Shown here: in pieces, positions 1 through 8,189 of the stretch
Layout: the number at the start of each line of letters is the position of its first letter
How positions within the stretch are numbered: position 1 is the stretch's first letter
DNA from: a virus
Reading direction: 5' to 3' (one strand)
IMG/VR virus record: IMGVR_UViG_3300034095_001343
Coordinates: 1 to 64,000 of that record
DNA: 64,000 nt
Notes under the pieces: generated by a model
The model's input: only the letters and a program-made list of their open reading frames with translations
What the model was told of the DNA's origin: nothing
The model's database searches: none
Program-made: the position numbers and the translations under genes

Positions 1-154
1 CCTTAAACTACCCCCCCCTCCCAATCCCTCATCTTTCTACCAACAAGTCATTTATATATTGCATTGTTAGGGGGTGCTATTGAACCGCTCCCCGGCTACA
101 ATCTGACAGGGGGATGTCCCCCATAAGTTTAACCTAAAAAAAAATAATTTAACT

Positions 155-493
155 ATGTCAAATTCTGTATTTTTTCGTAAAATTAAAGTCAATGCTGACA
201 CACAGAGTGCTGTCATCATTGTCTCCTCTGCACCCTTGATACAAACCAAGGCAGAGATTGCAGGATTCACTGTTGGTGCACGCACACAACAGAATCTGCA
301 ATTTGGCATTCTTGCTCTTACCGACCCTAAGACGGGCGAGAGCATGAAAGCCAATCATCCCACCATTAAAAGCTTGCAAGCAAAGCTTAATGTTGGGGAT
401 GAGATCCCAGGTTTCAGGATGAGCAACGTTGCTGTTGTTGATCAGAAAACCAGTGAGGCCCTTAAAGACCTCTTCTGGGTTGAACCTGCCTAA
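155..493 (+). CDS. Hypothetical early protein (112 aa)
   Basis: Clean ORF with AT-rich leader, followed by hairpins; no recognisable motif. Confidence 0.7.
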   Translation: MSNSVFFRKIKVNADTQSAVIIVSSAPLIQTKAEIAGFTVGARTQQNLQFGILALTDPKTGESMKANHPTIKSLQAKLNVGDEIPGFRMSNVAVVDQKTSEALKDLFWVEPA

Positions 494-562
494 AGCAGGG
501 ACTGGGGAAACCCAGTTGAACCCAGAAGTAACTGAGCATAGTTACTTGCTGGTATACATTCT

Positions 563-628
563 TACACCTGAGCATGTGTATAAACTGCTTTAATTTGAAC
601 TACACCTGAGTAAGTGTCTAAACTGCTC
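563..628 (+). ncRNA. Two tandem copies of a small H-type pseudoknot-like motif (563-589, 601-628)
   Basis: TACAC-CTG-AGCA-T-GTGTA-TAAAC-TGCT and TACAC-CTG-AGTA-A-GTGTC-TAAAC-TGCTC; ACAC/GTGT stem plus loop-tail pairing; T-tract follows. Confidence 0.5.
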
Positions 629-750
629 ATTTTTTTATTTGTATGTTGGTGATTGTTAGGGTGATACCTTCACACCCTACATATTAAAAAATTCTAGGTA
701 GCTTCATATCTTTGCTCTTTAAAGATATATATAGCTATCCAGTAAGATAT

Positions 751-860
751 TCTCTTTGTACACTCACTCTAAGGTGAGCAGTTGTAATAGAGTATAGATT
801 AAGGTTGGACATACAAGATGTCACGCGTCCCAACATCTATTACAACTAAGTGCAGAGGGA
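751..860 (+). ncRNA. Structured repeat element, copy 1 (three-helix shell with internal cargo)
   Basis: TCTCTTTGTAC/GTGCAGAGGGA, CTCAC/GTGAG and AGTTGTAATAGA/TCTATTACAACT pairings; homologous to 1264-1424. Confidence 0.65.
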
Positions 861-889
861 TTAATTAAAAACTTTAAATACTTAAGCCC

Positions 890-1102
890 ATGTTTATAAC
901 ATTTAAAACCCGAGCACAAGCCAAAAACTATATCAAAAGAAATAATCGTTATAATTATTCTCATAGTGAAGGCTGTGGTTGTTGTTACCAATATGGTAGT
1001 ATCTTTATTGATGGTAATAAAGTAGTTATCAGCAACAGTGGACAACACCAAGGAGCTTGCTATGCATCAGCTACCGTAATAGGTAAAATTAATGGTCGTT
1101 AG
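890..1102 (+). CDS. Hypothetical protein (70 aa, CGCC motif)
   Basis: ORF track; lies between the two structured repeats. Confidence 0.6.
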   Translation: MFITFKTRAQAKNYIKRNNRYNYSHSEGCGCCYQYGSIFIDGNKVVISNSGQHQGACYASATVIGKINGR

Positions 1103-1263
1103 GAGTGATGCCCTTGAATTGGTTCAGACTAAACCAATAGACTAAATTTCATACCCTAGTCAGATATGCCAAGGTTGAGCTTAATCTTTATAGATAAAGA
1201 ATGTCTATTAAATTGTTCTATAGTAACTACATCAAAACTTGCTATAGAACAAGTAAGCTACTA

Positions 1264-1424
1264 CCCTTTGCACACTCACTAGTGAGCAGTTGTAATACAA
1301 AGACTACATAATATTGGCTCAACCAGCTATAGAAAACGTTTACCACATACTGAGGAACAGTAGAAAGTGTGGAGTAGAAGTAAGTTTAGCGACTGAATTA
1401 TGTATTACAACTGAGTGTAGAGGG
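1264..1424 (+). ncRNA. Structured repeat element, copy 2
   Basis: CCCTTTGCAC/GTGTAGAGGG, CTCACTAGTGAG palindrome, CAGTTGTAATACA/TGTATTACAACTG; interior is longer than and different from copy 1. Confidence 0.65.
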
Positions 1425-1481
1425 AATAAAAAACTTAATAACTTTTAAAAATAACAGTAATTAACAATTAATAAATACAAC

Positions 1482-1724
1482 ATGAAACGGACATTTATCA
1501 CACTTATGGTAGCAGCCCTGCCTACCTTTTTTAGCTTATTTGTAGCGAGTCACATTGCTGCTGTCATTCTAATTTTTACCACAATATTGGCGGGTGCCGG
1601 TACCTCACTTATAGACCCAAAAGAGGATAGTTCATTAACTGATAGGGTGCTGTTGGGTTGGTGTGTTCACCTTGTTGGTATTTGCATCTCTATTGCATAC
1701 CACGGCCTACTTAAAAACAACTAA
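1482..1724 (+). CDS. Small membrane protein
   Basis: About 3 hydrophobic segments. Confidence 0.6.
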   Translation: MKRTFITLMVAALPTFFSLFVASHIAAVILIFTTILAGAGTSLIDPKEDSSLTDRVLLGWCVHLVGICISIAYHGLLKNN

Positions 1725-1726
1725 TT

Positions 1727-1975
1727 ATGAGAAAATTAATTTTATTAATCTGGCTAGCATACATTGTATTATTAGCTACTTTATTTGCCGCTCAATGGAA
1801 TTATAAGCAAGCAGTAAAAGCCTCTACTAACTCATGTGGTACTGACGTATGTATAGAGGAAACAATGTATGCATATGGTTTTCAAATAGAGTGGTACTTG
1901 GTTCCTACTTTAGCTAACAAATTAAGAGCTTTAAAATTCAGAACTATTAAAATAATTAAACAATCTATCACTTAA
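1727..1975 (+). CDS. Hypothetical protein with N-terminal TM/signal segment
   Basis: Hydrophobic N-terminus; operon spacing. Confidence 0.6.
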   Translation: MRKLILLIWLAYIVLLATLFAAQWNYKQAVKASTNSCGTDVCIEETMYAYGFQIEWYLVPTLANKLRALKFRTIKIIKQSIT

Positions 1976-1986
1976 AATCAAAATTT

Positions 1987-2265
1987 ATGAGAATTGTAGT
2001 ACTTAGACCAGAAATGTTTGTGTCCTATCAAAATGATATAGGACTAGCGTTATTCAGTAATTCAACCTACACTTGGTTTTTTAATGAAGGAGATTCACCT
2101 GTAAAGTTAAATACTAAACAAGTGGATTTCTTATCTAAAGATGAAATCTTAGAAGAGTTGGAAGAAAACACAGATCTATTAGAATTAGCCATCATACATG
2201 ATGCAGCAGAAGTTCAAGATAGAGATGATGAAGATTACTTAAATTATTGTTTAAGTTATGACTGA
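1987..2265 (+). CDS. Hypothetical acidic protein
   Basis: ORF track; operon spacing. Confidence 0.6.
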   Translation: MRIVVLRPEMFVSYQNDIGLALFSNSTYTWFFNEGDSPVKLNTKQVDFLSKDEILEELEENTDLLELAIIHDAAEVQDRDDEDYLNYCLSYD

Positions 2266-2528
2266 GAATGCTATTTACTATTATCAGAGAGACGGGAAAG
2301 AATTTAGTACCGTCTCTCTAAATGTAGCCATTATAAGAAGAGACATAGAAAGCTCTATTTATGTGCAACATGAGAACACATCAGAAAAAATCTTAATTAA
2401 TTTGAAATGATAAAATCAAAAATATCCTTTGCATTAGTACCTGCTTTAGGAGTTTTTATTGCATATAATACAAACTATAAAGCTCTGGAATTTTTATTCT
2501 TATTTGTTTATATCAAACTAGGTAGAAG

Positions 2529-3104
2529 ATGAATGATGAATGTAGACTTATTGCAATTGATGAGTTACATAAAAGAATATTAATCACCACTGACAATGAA
2601 GAAAAAACTATAAATACATACATAAGATTTTATAACTATACAAAAAAACAATCTTATCATATATCAAAAGATAAAACTTATACATCACTTAAACTTCACA
2701 CAAGTTTACCAAAGTGGATGCAAAAGAAATATCATGATATTTATTCTATAGTTACTTCAGAACCATATTATTTATTCCAATACATATCATTAATCTTCTA
2801 TATAGAATATCCTGATTATTTGTATATTATAAATATGCCCACGCAAATACAATATGTATATGGCGTTAACTATACCCAGGATGGTTTAAAGTTTATTTCT
2901 ACTTATGACATGATTCAAATTAAAAATAGGTTGAAAGATACTCACAAACAATTTACATCCATGTTTAAAGAATGCAATGATCTAAATAAGCTAATCAATA
3001 ATCCGTCTAATAAAACATATGAGATGCTTTCAAAACATCCAGCTTATAGACAGCATTTATTTGATCATACATGCACTCTAATTAATATTGGAGATCTTAT
3101 TTAA
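2529..3104 (+). CDS. Hypothetical protein (191 aa)
   Basis: ORF length. Confidence 0.6.
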   Translation: MNDECRLIAIDELHKRILITTDNEEKTINTYIRFYNYTKKQSYHISKDKTYTSLKLHTSLPKWMQKKYHDIYSIVTSEPYYLFQYISLIFYIEYPDYLYIINMPTQIQYVYGVNYTQDGLKFISTYDMIQIKNRLKDTHKQFTSMFKECNDLNKLINNPSNKTYEMLSKHPAYRQHLFDHTCTLINIGDLI

Positions 3105-3416
3105 TATTCCGGTATACCGGAGACTAACAATACCAGTAATATATTACTATAATAACACTAGTAGTATATAGCTATCGTTTGGTAAGTGGAGAATACTAAT
3201 GGGTCCGTAAGGCGTAAGTGGTTAACCAGCCCGTTTTTATTCATAATTTTTTTTATATGATAGATGAACAATACACAAAATGGTTAAAAGGATTAACTCC
3301 AGATAAACTATTCAGAGAAGAATACAACTTAAATTTTGTGCTTAATACAAATTCTATAACAACTAAATCAAAAATAAATGCTGAACGTAAGTTAAATCTA
3401 TTAAAAAAACTAATAA

Positions 3417-3923
3417 ATGATACATCTAGAAAAATCAATAATAGTGAAAATTATTGAAAAGTATATTAAATCGTCTAAAGCAACTGAAATTGCTAGTTTT
3501 ATTGTTAGTAATTCTGGTTCAGATCTTCTACATGGTTTTATAAGTATGCTTCTTACTGAAGAAAGTATCACACTTTTTCAACCAGGTGATTATTTTAAAA
3601 CAAAAGTTCCATATGGTCATAATGCTAAACACTTTTATGAAGATAAACTTATTGATCTAGGTTTATTTGAAAATGGTTATGTGTTTGGAAAGATAATAAA
3701 AAGTAATGATTGGCATAATGAACATGACCCTTATTATGTTACAATGAAATGCCAACTTTTTTACGGAGATGATTTACCATTTGAACATAATTTACGTATA
3801 TTTGACATTGAAAAAATTCAAAAATCTGAAATACCCCATTACAATGGCCAATATATCACCAGAATTATTGACGAGACATTTGAAAGAGTATCTGACATTG
3901 AAGAGCATAACGTCAATGAGTGA
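3417..3923 (+). CDS. Hypothetical protein (168 aa)
   Basis: ORF track. Confidence 0.65.
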   Translation: MIHLEKSIIVKIIEKYIKSSKATEIASFIVSNSGSDLLHGFISMLLTEESITLFQPGDYFKTKVPYGHNAKHFYEDKLIDLGLFENGYVFGKIIKSNDWHNEHDPYYVTMKCQLFYGDDLPFEHNLRIFDIEKIQKSEIPHYNGQYITRIIDETFERVSDIEEHNVNE

Positions 3924-4027
3924 CGCTATAGTTCCTTTATTTGGTAAATGGATGTCTACCAAGTATAATTGGACTAATGAAGAACTAATTATTGAACAAG
4001 ACTTAAATAAAGCTCTTACTTTAATTA

Positions 4028-4288
4028 ATGAACTTTATGTTCAAAAAATATAGTAGTTTTGGTATAGTTACTAAAAATATTATGACTGATCCTGATCTAA
4101 CTTTACAAGCAAAAGGATTATATGCAATACTTTGTACATATGCTAATAAGCAAAGACAATGTTATCCATCATTAAATACATTATCGGATATCAGTAATAA
4201 AAGTGTATCACAAGTATCTTCATATATAAAAGAGCTTAAATCTAAAGGTTATTTAATAAGAGTTGGAAAAGTTATAACTTTAAGATAG
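4028..4288 (+). CDS. Helix-turn-helix DNA-binding protein (phage replication-initiator-like wHTH)
   Basis: DPDLTLQAKGLYAILCTYA...CYPSLNTLSD...SVSQVSSYIKELKSKGYL pattern. Confidence 0.7.
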   Translation: MNFMFKKYSSFGIVTKNIMTDPDLTLQAKGLYAILCTYANKQRQCYPSLNTLSDISNKSVSQVSSYIKELKSKGYLIRVGKVITLR

Positions 4289-4390
4289 CTATATATCTGC
4301 TAAATTTTTTTTCTTTTTAAATATTATCTAAATATTTTAAAGTATAGTAATTTTATAAAATTGTAAATTTGATTATATTTTTTATATAAA

Positions 4391-4669
4391 ATGATCTTAC
4401 AATTGCCTAACGGGCGTATAATTGAACTATCTGTAGAAGAATATCTTGATATGTCTGAACAAGATTTACGAGATTTAAATTCATTAGGTAATCTATATAC
4501 CAAAGATTATGTTAATCCTTTTTATGGTTTATATTCTTCTAATACAAAAAAAATTGCTTTAGAAGATATTAGCAAAGAAGAAGAAAGTTTTCTTACAGAT
4601 GATGAAATAGATCTTCTGAGTAACAGGATTGACCTATATTATTTTCCGGAAGAGGGAGACCTTTTCTAA
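4391..4669 (+). CDS. Hypothetical protein
   Basis: ORF track. Confidence 0.65.
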   Translation: MILQLPNGRIIELSVEEYLDMSEQDLRDLNSLGNLYTKDYVNPFYGLYSSNTKKIALEDISKEEESFLTDDEIDLLSNRIDLYYFPEEGDLF

Positions 4670-4694
4670 TCATTAACAATTTAATTTAAAACCA

Positions 4695-5276
4695 ATGCAA
4701 AGCCCAGTTACAGTAGTTCCTGATGAGAATGGTATGATCATTCGTCAAAGCAAGAACAATCCAGAGTATGCCTATGTTATCTTAAAGCAAACTCGTAGTA
4801 TGATTCAGTCTAATCCTGCAAATATTAAAAATGTAGGATGGTTAAAAACCCAAAACATGACAACCCTTATTAAAGGTACCATGCAAGATCTTAAAGTTTT
4901 CGGTTTTACAAAAGACACTATTCTTCCAGGTAAAATTGTAGTTAAAGAATCAACTACACCTTTTAGTGAAGAAAATCCTGATCAGCATTTAAAAATTGCT
5001 GGTGATACAGGAGTTATTTGTTGTTTACACGGTGAACCTATTTATAGAATCACTTATTATACAACAAATCCCGATGAGCAAGATGAATTTATGCAACATG
5101 ATAATGTTGATGCAATTCGTCAAGCAAATGGTATTGTATCAGATAAAATTAAAAATTCAGTGAAAGAAACTGTTAAAATTCAGGAAACTTTTGATATCAC
5201 TGAAAATGATGAAATAACTGATATAACTGACGATTCTACAATTATAGATGAAGTAGAAGATACTTTTGAGCTTTAA
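4695..5276 (+). CDS. Hypothetical protein with acidic C-terminal tail (possible ssDNA-binding protein)
   Basis: Beta-rich N-terminus, acidic tail ending DTFEL, terminator downstream. Confidence 0.55.
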   Translation: MQSPVTVVPDENGMIIRQSKNNPEYAYVILKQTRSMIQSNPANIKNVGWLKTQNMTTLIKGTMQDLKVFGFTKDTILPGKIVVKESTTPFSEENPDQHLKIAGDTGVICCLHGEPIYRITYYTTNPDEQDEFMQHDNVDAIRQANGIVSDKIKNSVKETVKIQETFDITENDEITDITDDSTIIDEVEDTFEL

Positions 5277-5297
5277 AAATAAAAGTAATTCATGATT

Positions 5298-5330
5298 AAA
5301 AGAGGTAAGTTAATGCTTGCCTCTTTTTTT
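5298..5330 (+). terminator. Rho-independent terminator
   Basis: AAGAGGTAAG-ttaatg-CTTGCCTCTT followed by T-tract. Confidence 0.75.
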
Positions 5331-5359
5331 CTTTATATCCACAACTAAAAACCAAACTT

Positions 5360-5869
5360 ATGATAGCTTTAGAACAAATTGAACTAATTAAAAAACAACA
5401 GCAAGTAGAATTCCTTAAACTTAGAGAAGAAAGATATGCTTATTATGGTTTACTTCAAGAATATCAACTACACACTAAGGAAGAATTAATGAGATTAAAT
5501 TACACTAAACTAAACCCTAATCAACATTTCTTATTTAAACGTGTTCTTCACGGTTTAAATGTCTATACTCAAGAAGAGATAAATACTCTTCATTGGGACA
5601 AAAAACGTAGAATTAAAAAAGTATGGCAAAGAGGTCAAGAAATAATTAATATTTGGAAACAAGTTATTTCAAATAAAAAAATTAATGCTTATCTTCATAA
5701 TACTTTTGGAAAACATGTTAAAGCCATTACTGATATACCAGATGATGATTATCTACCTGATTATAAGAATACTCTAACTTTAAAAGATTTAGGTTTAACT
5801 TATGAAGATGTAATCTTAAAATTTATGGCAGAAGGTTTATTACCAAAAAATTTCTTAAGTTTGAAGTAA
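5360..5869 (+). CDS. Hypothetical protein (169 aa)
   Basis: ORF track. Confidence 0.7.
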   Translation: MIALEQIELIKKQQQVEFLKLREERYAYYGLLQEYQLHTKEELMRLNYTKLNPNQHFLFKRVLHGLNVYTQEEINTLHWDKKRRIKKVWQRGQEIINIWKQVISNKKINAYLHNTFGKHVKAITDIPDDDYLPDYKNTLTLKDLGLTYEDVILKFMAEGLLPKNFLSLK

Positions 5870-6138
5870 TGTTTTTGAAAAAAGTATCAAAAAAAATGGC
5901 TAAAACTAACTCTGAATATTCAAAGTTAAGATTAGAATATTTATATAAATATCCTATGTGTCAAGCTAAAATTTTTGAATGTACTTTAAAAGCAACTGAT
6001 ATTCATCATAAACAAGGCCGAGGAAAGTATCATTTAGATACAAGTACTTGGCTTTCTGTTTGTAGAAACTGTCACAATTATATTCATGATAAACTATCAT
6101 CTGAAGATGCTATAGAATTAGGACTTAAACTAAAATGA
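5869..6138 (+). CDS. Small Zn-binding HNH endonuclease
   Basis: CQ...C..KATDIHHKQGR...WLSVCRNCHNYIH. Confidence 0.75.
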   Translation: MFLKKVSKKMAKTNSEYSKLRLEYLYKYPMCQAKIFECTLKATDIHHKQGRGKYHLDTSTWLSVCRNCHNYIHDKLSSEDAIELGLKLK

Positions 6139-6593
6139 AAAAATTAATAACATTAATATTACTTCTACTAGGTGGAAGTGTTATAGCACAAAATTTAAAA
6201 TCAATTCCTAAATGTTCTGATTGTATAGAAAGTGAATACATTGTATTGCATAAATGGCAATGCCATTTAGGAAAAGATTATATTTTTTATACTTATTATT
6301 TTGATGATGGTGCTTATAGAATGAATCAAGCATTCAATATACTTAATACTATTTTATATGATAATGGATTAACATTCAGTAAACCAGATATTGATGATTC
6401 ACATATTAGTGATTTAGTTGATGATATATATGATTATACATATCTTGATTTAACAATTAAAATGGGAGCATCATATATGACAAAACTTTGGTATATTATT
6501 GGAACAAATAACTTAAAAACAAAAGTATATTTTGAGTTAAATGAAGAAATTAGAGGTATAAGTATAATAATATTAAAAGATTATGGAAAATAA
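6135..6593 (+). CDS. Secreted hypothetical protein
   Basis: Signal peptide MKKLITLILLLLGGSVIA. Confidence 0.6.
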   Translation: MKKLITLILLLLGGSVIAQNLKSIPKCSDCIESEYIVLHKWQCHLGKDYIFYTYYFDDGAYRMNQAFNILNTILYDNGLTFSKPDIDDSHISDLVDDIYDYTYLDLTIKMGASYMTKLWYIIGTNNLKTKVYFELNEEIRGISIIILKDYGK

Positions 6594-6789
6594 ACAAACA
6601 GCAGTAGAATGGTTAGAACAAAAACTTATTGAAAGTGGAGTTAATTTACTTTCAGAAGAAATTAAATTTTTTGAACAAGCCATAGAAATGGAAAAGCAAC
6701 AGATAATAGATGCTTGGATTGCAACTGATAATGAATTACAAAGAATAGTAGCCGAACAATACTACAATGAAACCTTTAAACCAAAATAA
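6583..6789 (+). CDS. Small phage protein (KQTAVEW-type family)
   Basis: KQTAVEWL...AIEMEKQQIIDAW...EQYYNETF pattern. Confidence 0.65.
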   Translation: MENKQTAVEWLEQKLIESGVNLLSEEIKFFEQAIEMEKQQIIDAWIATDNELQRIVAEQYYNETFKPK

Positions 6790-6790
6790 T

Positions 6791-7030
6791 ATGAACAAAG
6801 AAACATTAGAAGAAGCCGCTGAAAAATATGCTAATGAATTACCAGAACCTTATAATTATGGAATTAACTCAGATAAGAAAAAAGGTTTTATTGAGGGTGC
6901 TAAATGGCAACAAGAAAGAATGTATAGTGAGGAAGAAGTTAAACAAATAATAGAAGCAACTTTAATTGAGTATTCTGATTTTGTATTAGCTGATATACCA
7001 CAATGGTTTGAACAATTTAAAAAGAAATAA
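6791..7030 (+). CDS. Small phage protein (KETLEEAAE-type family)
   Basis: KETLEEAAEKY...FIEGAKWQQERMYSEEEV; start moved to ATG 6791. Confidence 0.65.
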   Translation: MNKETLEEAAEKYANELPEPYNYGINSDKKKGFIEGAKWQQERMYSEEEVKQIIEATLIEYSDFVLADIPQWFEQFKKK

Positions 7031-7031
7031 T

Positions 7032-7268
7032 ATGAAAACAATAGTATTAATTTTAGCCGTATTATCAGCATTTAGTTGTTCTGAAAAAGAACCACAACCA
7101 TGTAATTGCGGTATAGTTGCTAATGATGGTATTGATGGAAATTGCCATTGGATTGAAATTAGAAATAATTGTTCAGGCAATAAAAAGATATTCTGCATTG
7201 ATGAAGACAAATGGATGAATGCTCATCCCGGAACAGAATTTTGTATTACTAATATTAGTAGTTGGTAA
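7032..7268 (+). CDS. Cys-rich lipoprotein
   Basis: MKTIVLILAVLSAFSC lipobox; start at ATG 7032. Confidence 0.65.
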   Translation: MKTIVLILAVLSAFSCSEKEPQPCNCGIVANDGIDGNCHWIEIRNNCSGNKKIFCIDEDKWMNAHPGTEFCITNISSW

Positions 7269-7279
7269 TTAAAACAAAC

Positions 7280-7409
7280 AGTCAGGTGGCGGAATTGGTA
7301 GACGCTATGAATAAAGGTTAATAGTAAAGATAACGCGGAGTAACCTTGAAAAACCCGGTGAAAGTCCTGCTCATAAGTTATTATACAGGTTCGAATCCTG
7401 TCCTGACTA
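7280..7409 (+). ncRNA. tRNA-like RNA 1 (Leu-type D arm, canonical T arm, anticodon arm replaced by an insert)
   Basis: Acceptor AGTCAGG/CCTGACT-A; GGCGGAATTGGTAGACGC; ACAGG-TTCGAAT-CCTGT; 130 nt; no canonical 7-nt anticodon loop. Confidence 0.75.
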
Positions 7410-7424
7410 CTAAATTAAAAAATT

Positions 7425-7799
7425 ATGAAAATTGCAGTTATTGCTCACGACGGAAAAAAAGCTGACATGGTTGCCTTTGTTATGAAGAGATTAGAGTTCT
7501 TCAAAAGGGTTGATGTTATTGCAACGGGAACCACAGGAAGACATATTGAACACGCAGGATTGGATGTTGAATGTATGAAGTCAGGACCACTTGGTGGTGA
7601 TGCTCAAATTGCATCAATGATTGCCAACGGTGAAATATCTGGTGTTGTATTCTTTATTGACCCGTTGGAAGTTCATCCTCACCAAGTTGATGTGAATATG
7701 TTGTTAAGGATTTGTAATGTGTATAACACACCTTTGGCAACAAACTACATGACTGCATCATATATTATTTCAGGTTTAGAAAAAAAGTTGAATCAGTAG
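7425..7799 (+). CDS. mgsA: Methylglyoxal synthase
   Basis: IAHDGKK, ATGTTG, SGPLGGDAQI, DPL..HPH..DV..LLR, PLATN motifs. Confidence 0.95.
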   Translation: MKIAVIAHDGKKADMVAFVMKRLEFFKRVDVIATGTTGRHIEHAGLDVECMKSGPLGGDAQIASMIANGEISGVVFFIDPLEVHPHQVDVNMLLRICNVYNTPLATNYMTASYIISGLEKKLNQ

Positions 7800-7817
7800 T
7801 TGGTAATTAAAATAAAT

Positions 7818-7927
7818 AGTCAGGTGGCGGAACGGTAGACGCTACAAGTAAGTCCAACGATGACCTGAGGCATGATGACCGAAGGAGTTACTGGTTGGTA
7901 TTACAGGTTCGAATCCTGTCCTGACTA
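7818..7927 (+). ncRNA. tRNA-like RNA 2 (same shell, different insert)
   Basis: AGTCAGG-TGGCGGAACGGTAGACGC...ACAGGTTCGAATCCTGT-CCTGACTA; 110 nt. Confidence 0.75.
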
Positions 7928-7929
7928 CT

Positions 7930-8136
7930 AAGAATGAGAAAACTCTCTTACAGAGGACGGATTAGCACCGTTGAAAGAAACTTTGGCTCTTGGGAGTAAT
8001 TACCCAAATGAGATACATGCCCCAAAGTGAACTGTGATGGATCCTGCTCTGTAGTGCACTACAACAGGTAGACAGTAAACTATGTCTAATAAAAACTAGA
8101 AGCATGGTAGAACATGCAAGAGAGTTTCTTATTCTT
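7930..8136 (+). ncRNA. Putative ~205-nt multi-helix structured RNA
   Basis: 19-bp closing stem AAGAATGAGAAA(A)CTCTCTT/AAGAGAGTTTCTTATTCTT enclosing several hairpins; no credible ORF. Confidence 0.55.
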
Positions 8137-8189
8137 TTATAAATTTCACTGCTTATAATATTCAATTATAAGCTTAAACACTAATAATT

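Noticed and set aside
563-628. preQ1-I riboswitch or CRISPR mini-array
   Set aside because: Only superficial pseudoknot similarity and no que genes; two copies with an 11-nt gap is not a repeat-spacer array
1343-1372. Hammerhead-like words CTGAGGA...GAAA inside shell copy 2
   Set aside because: No stem I, no pairable stem II and no correctly placed UH cleavage site
2286-2319. Perfect 10-bp inverted repeat AGAGAGACGG/CCGTCTCTCT
   Set aside because: Single copy inside a small probable ORF, no T-tract; nothing further supports a function
7280-7927. Calling the two elements ordinary tRNA-Leu genes or intron-containing tRNAs
   Set aside because: No U33/anticodon loop can be rebuilt; inserts are too short for group I introns and no clear bulge-helix-bulge was seen
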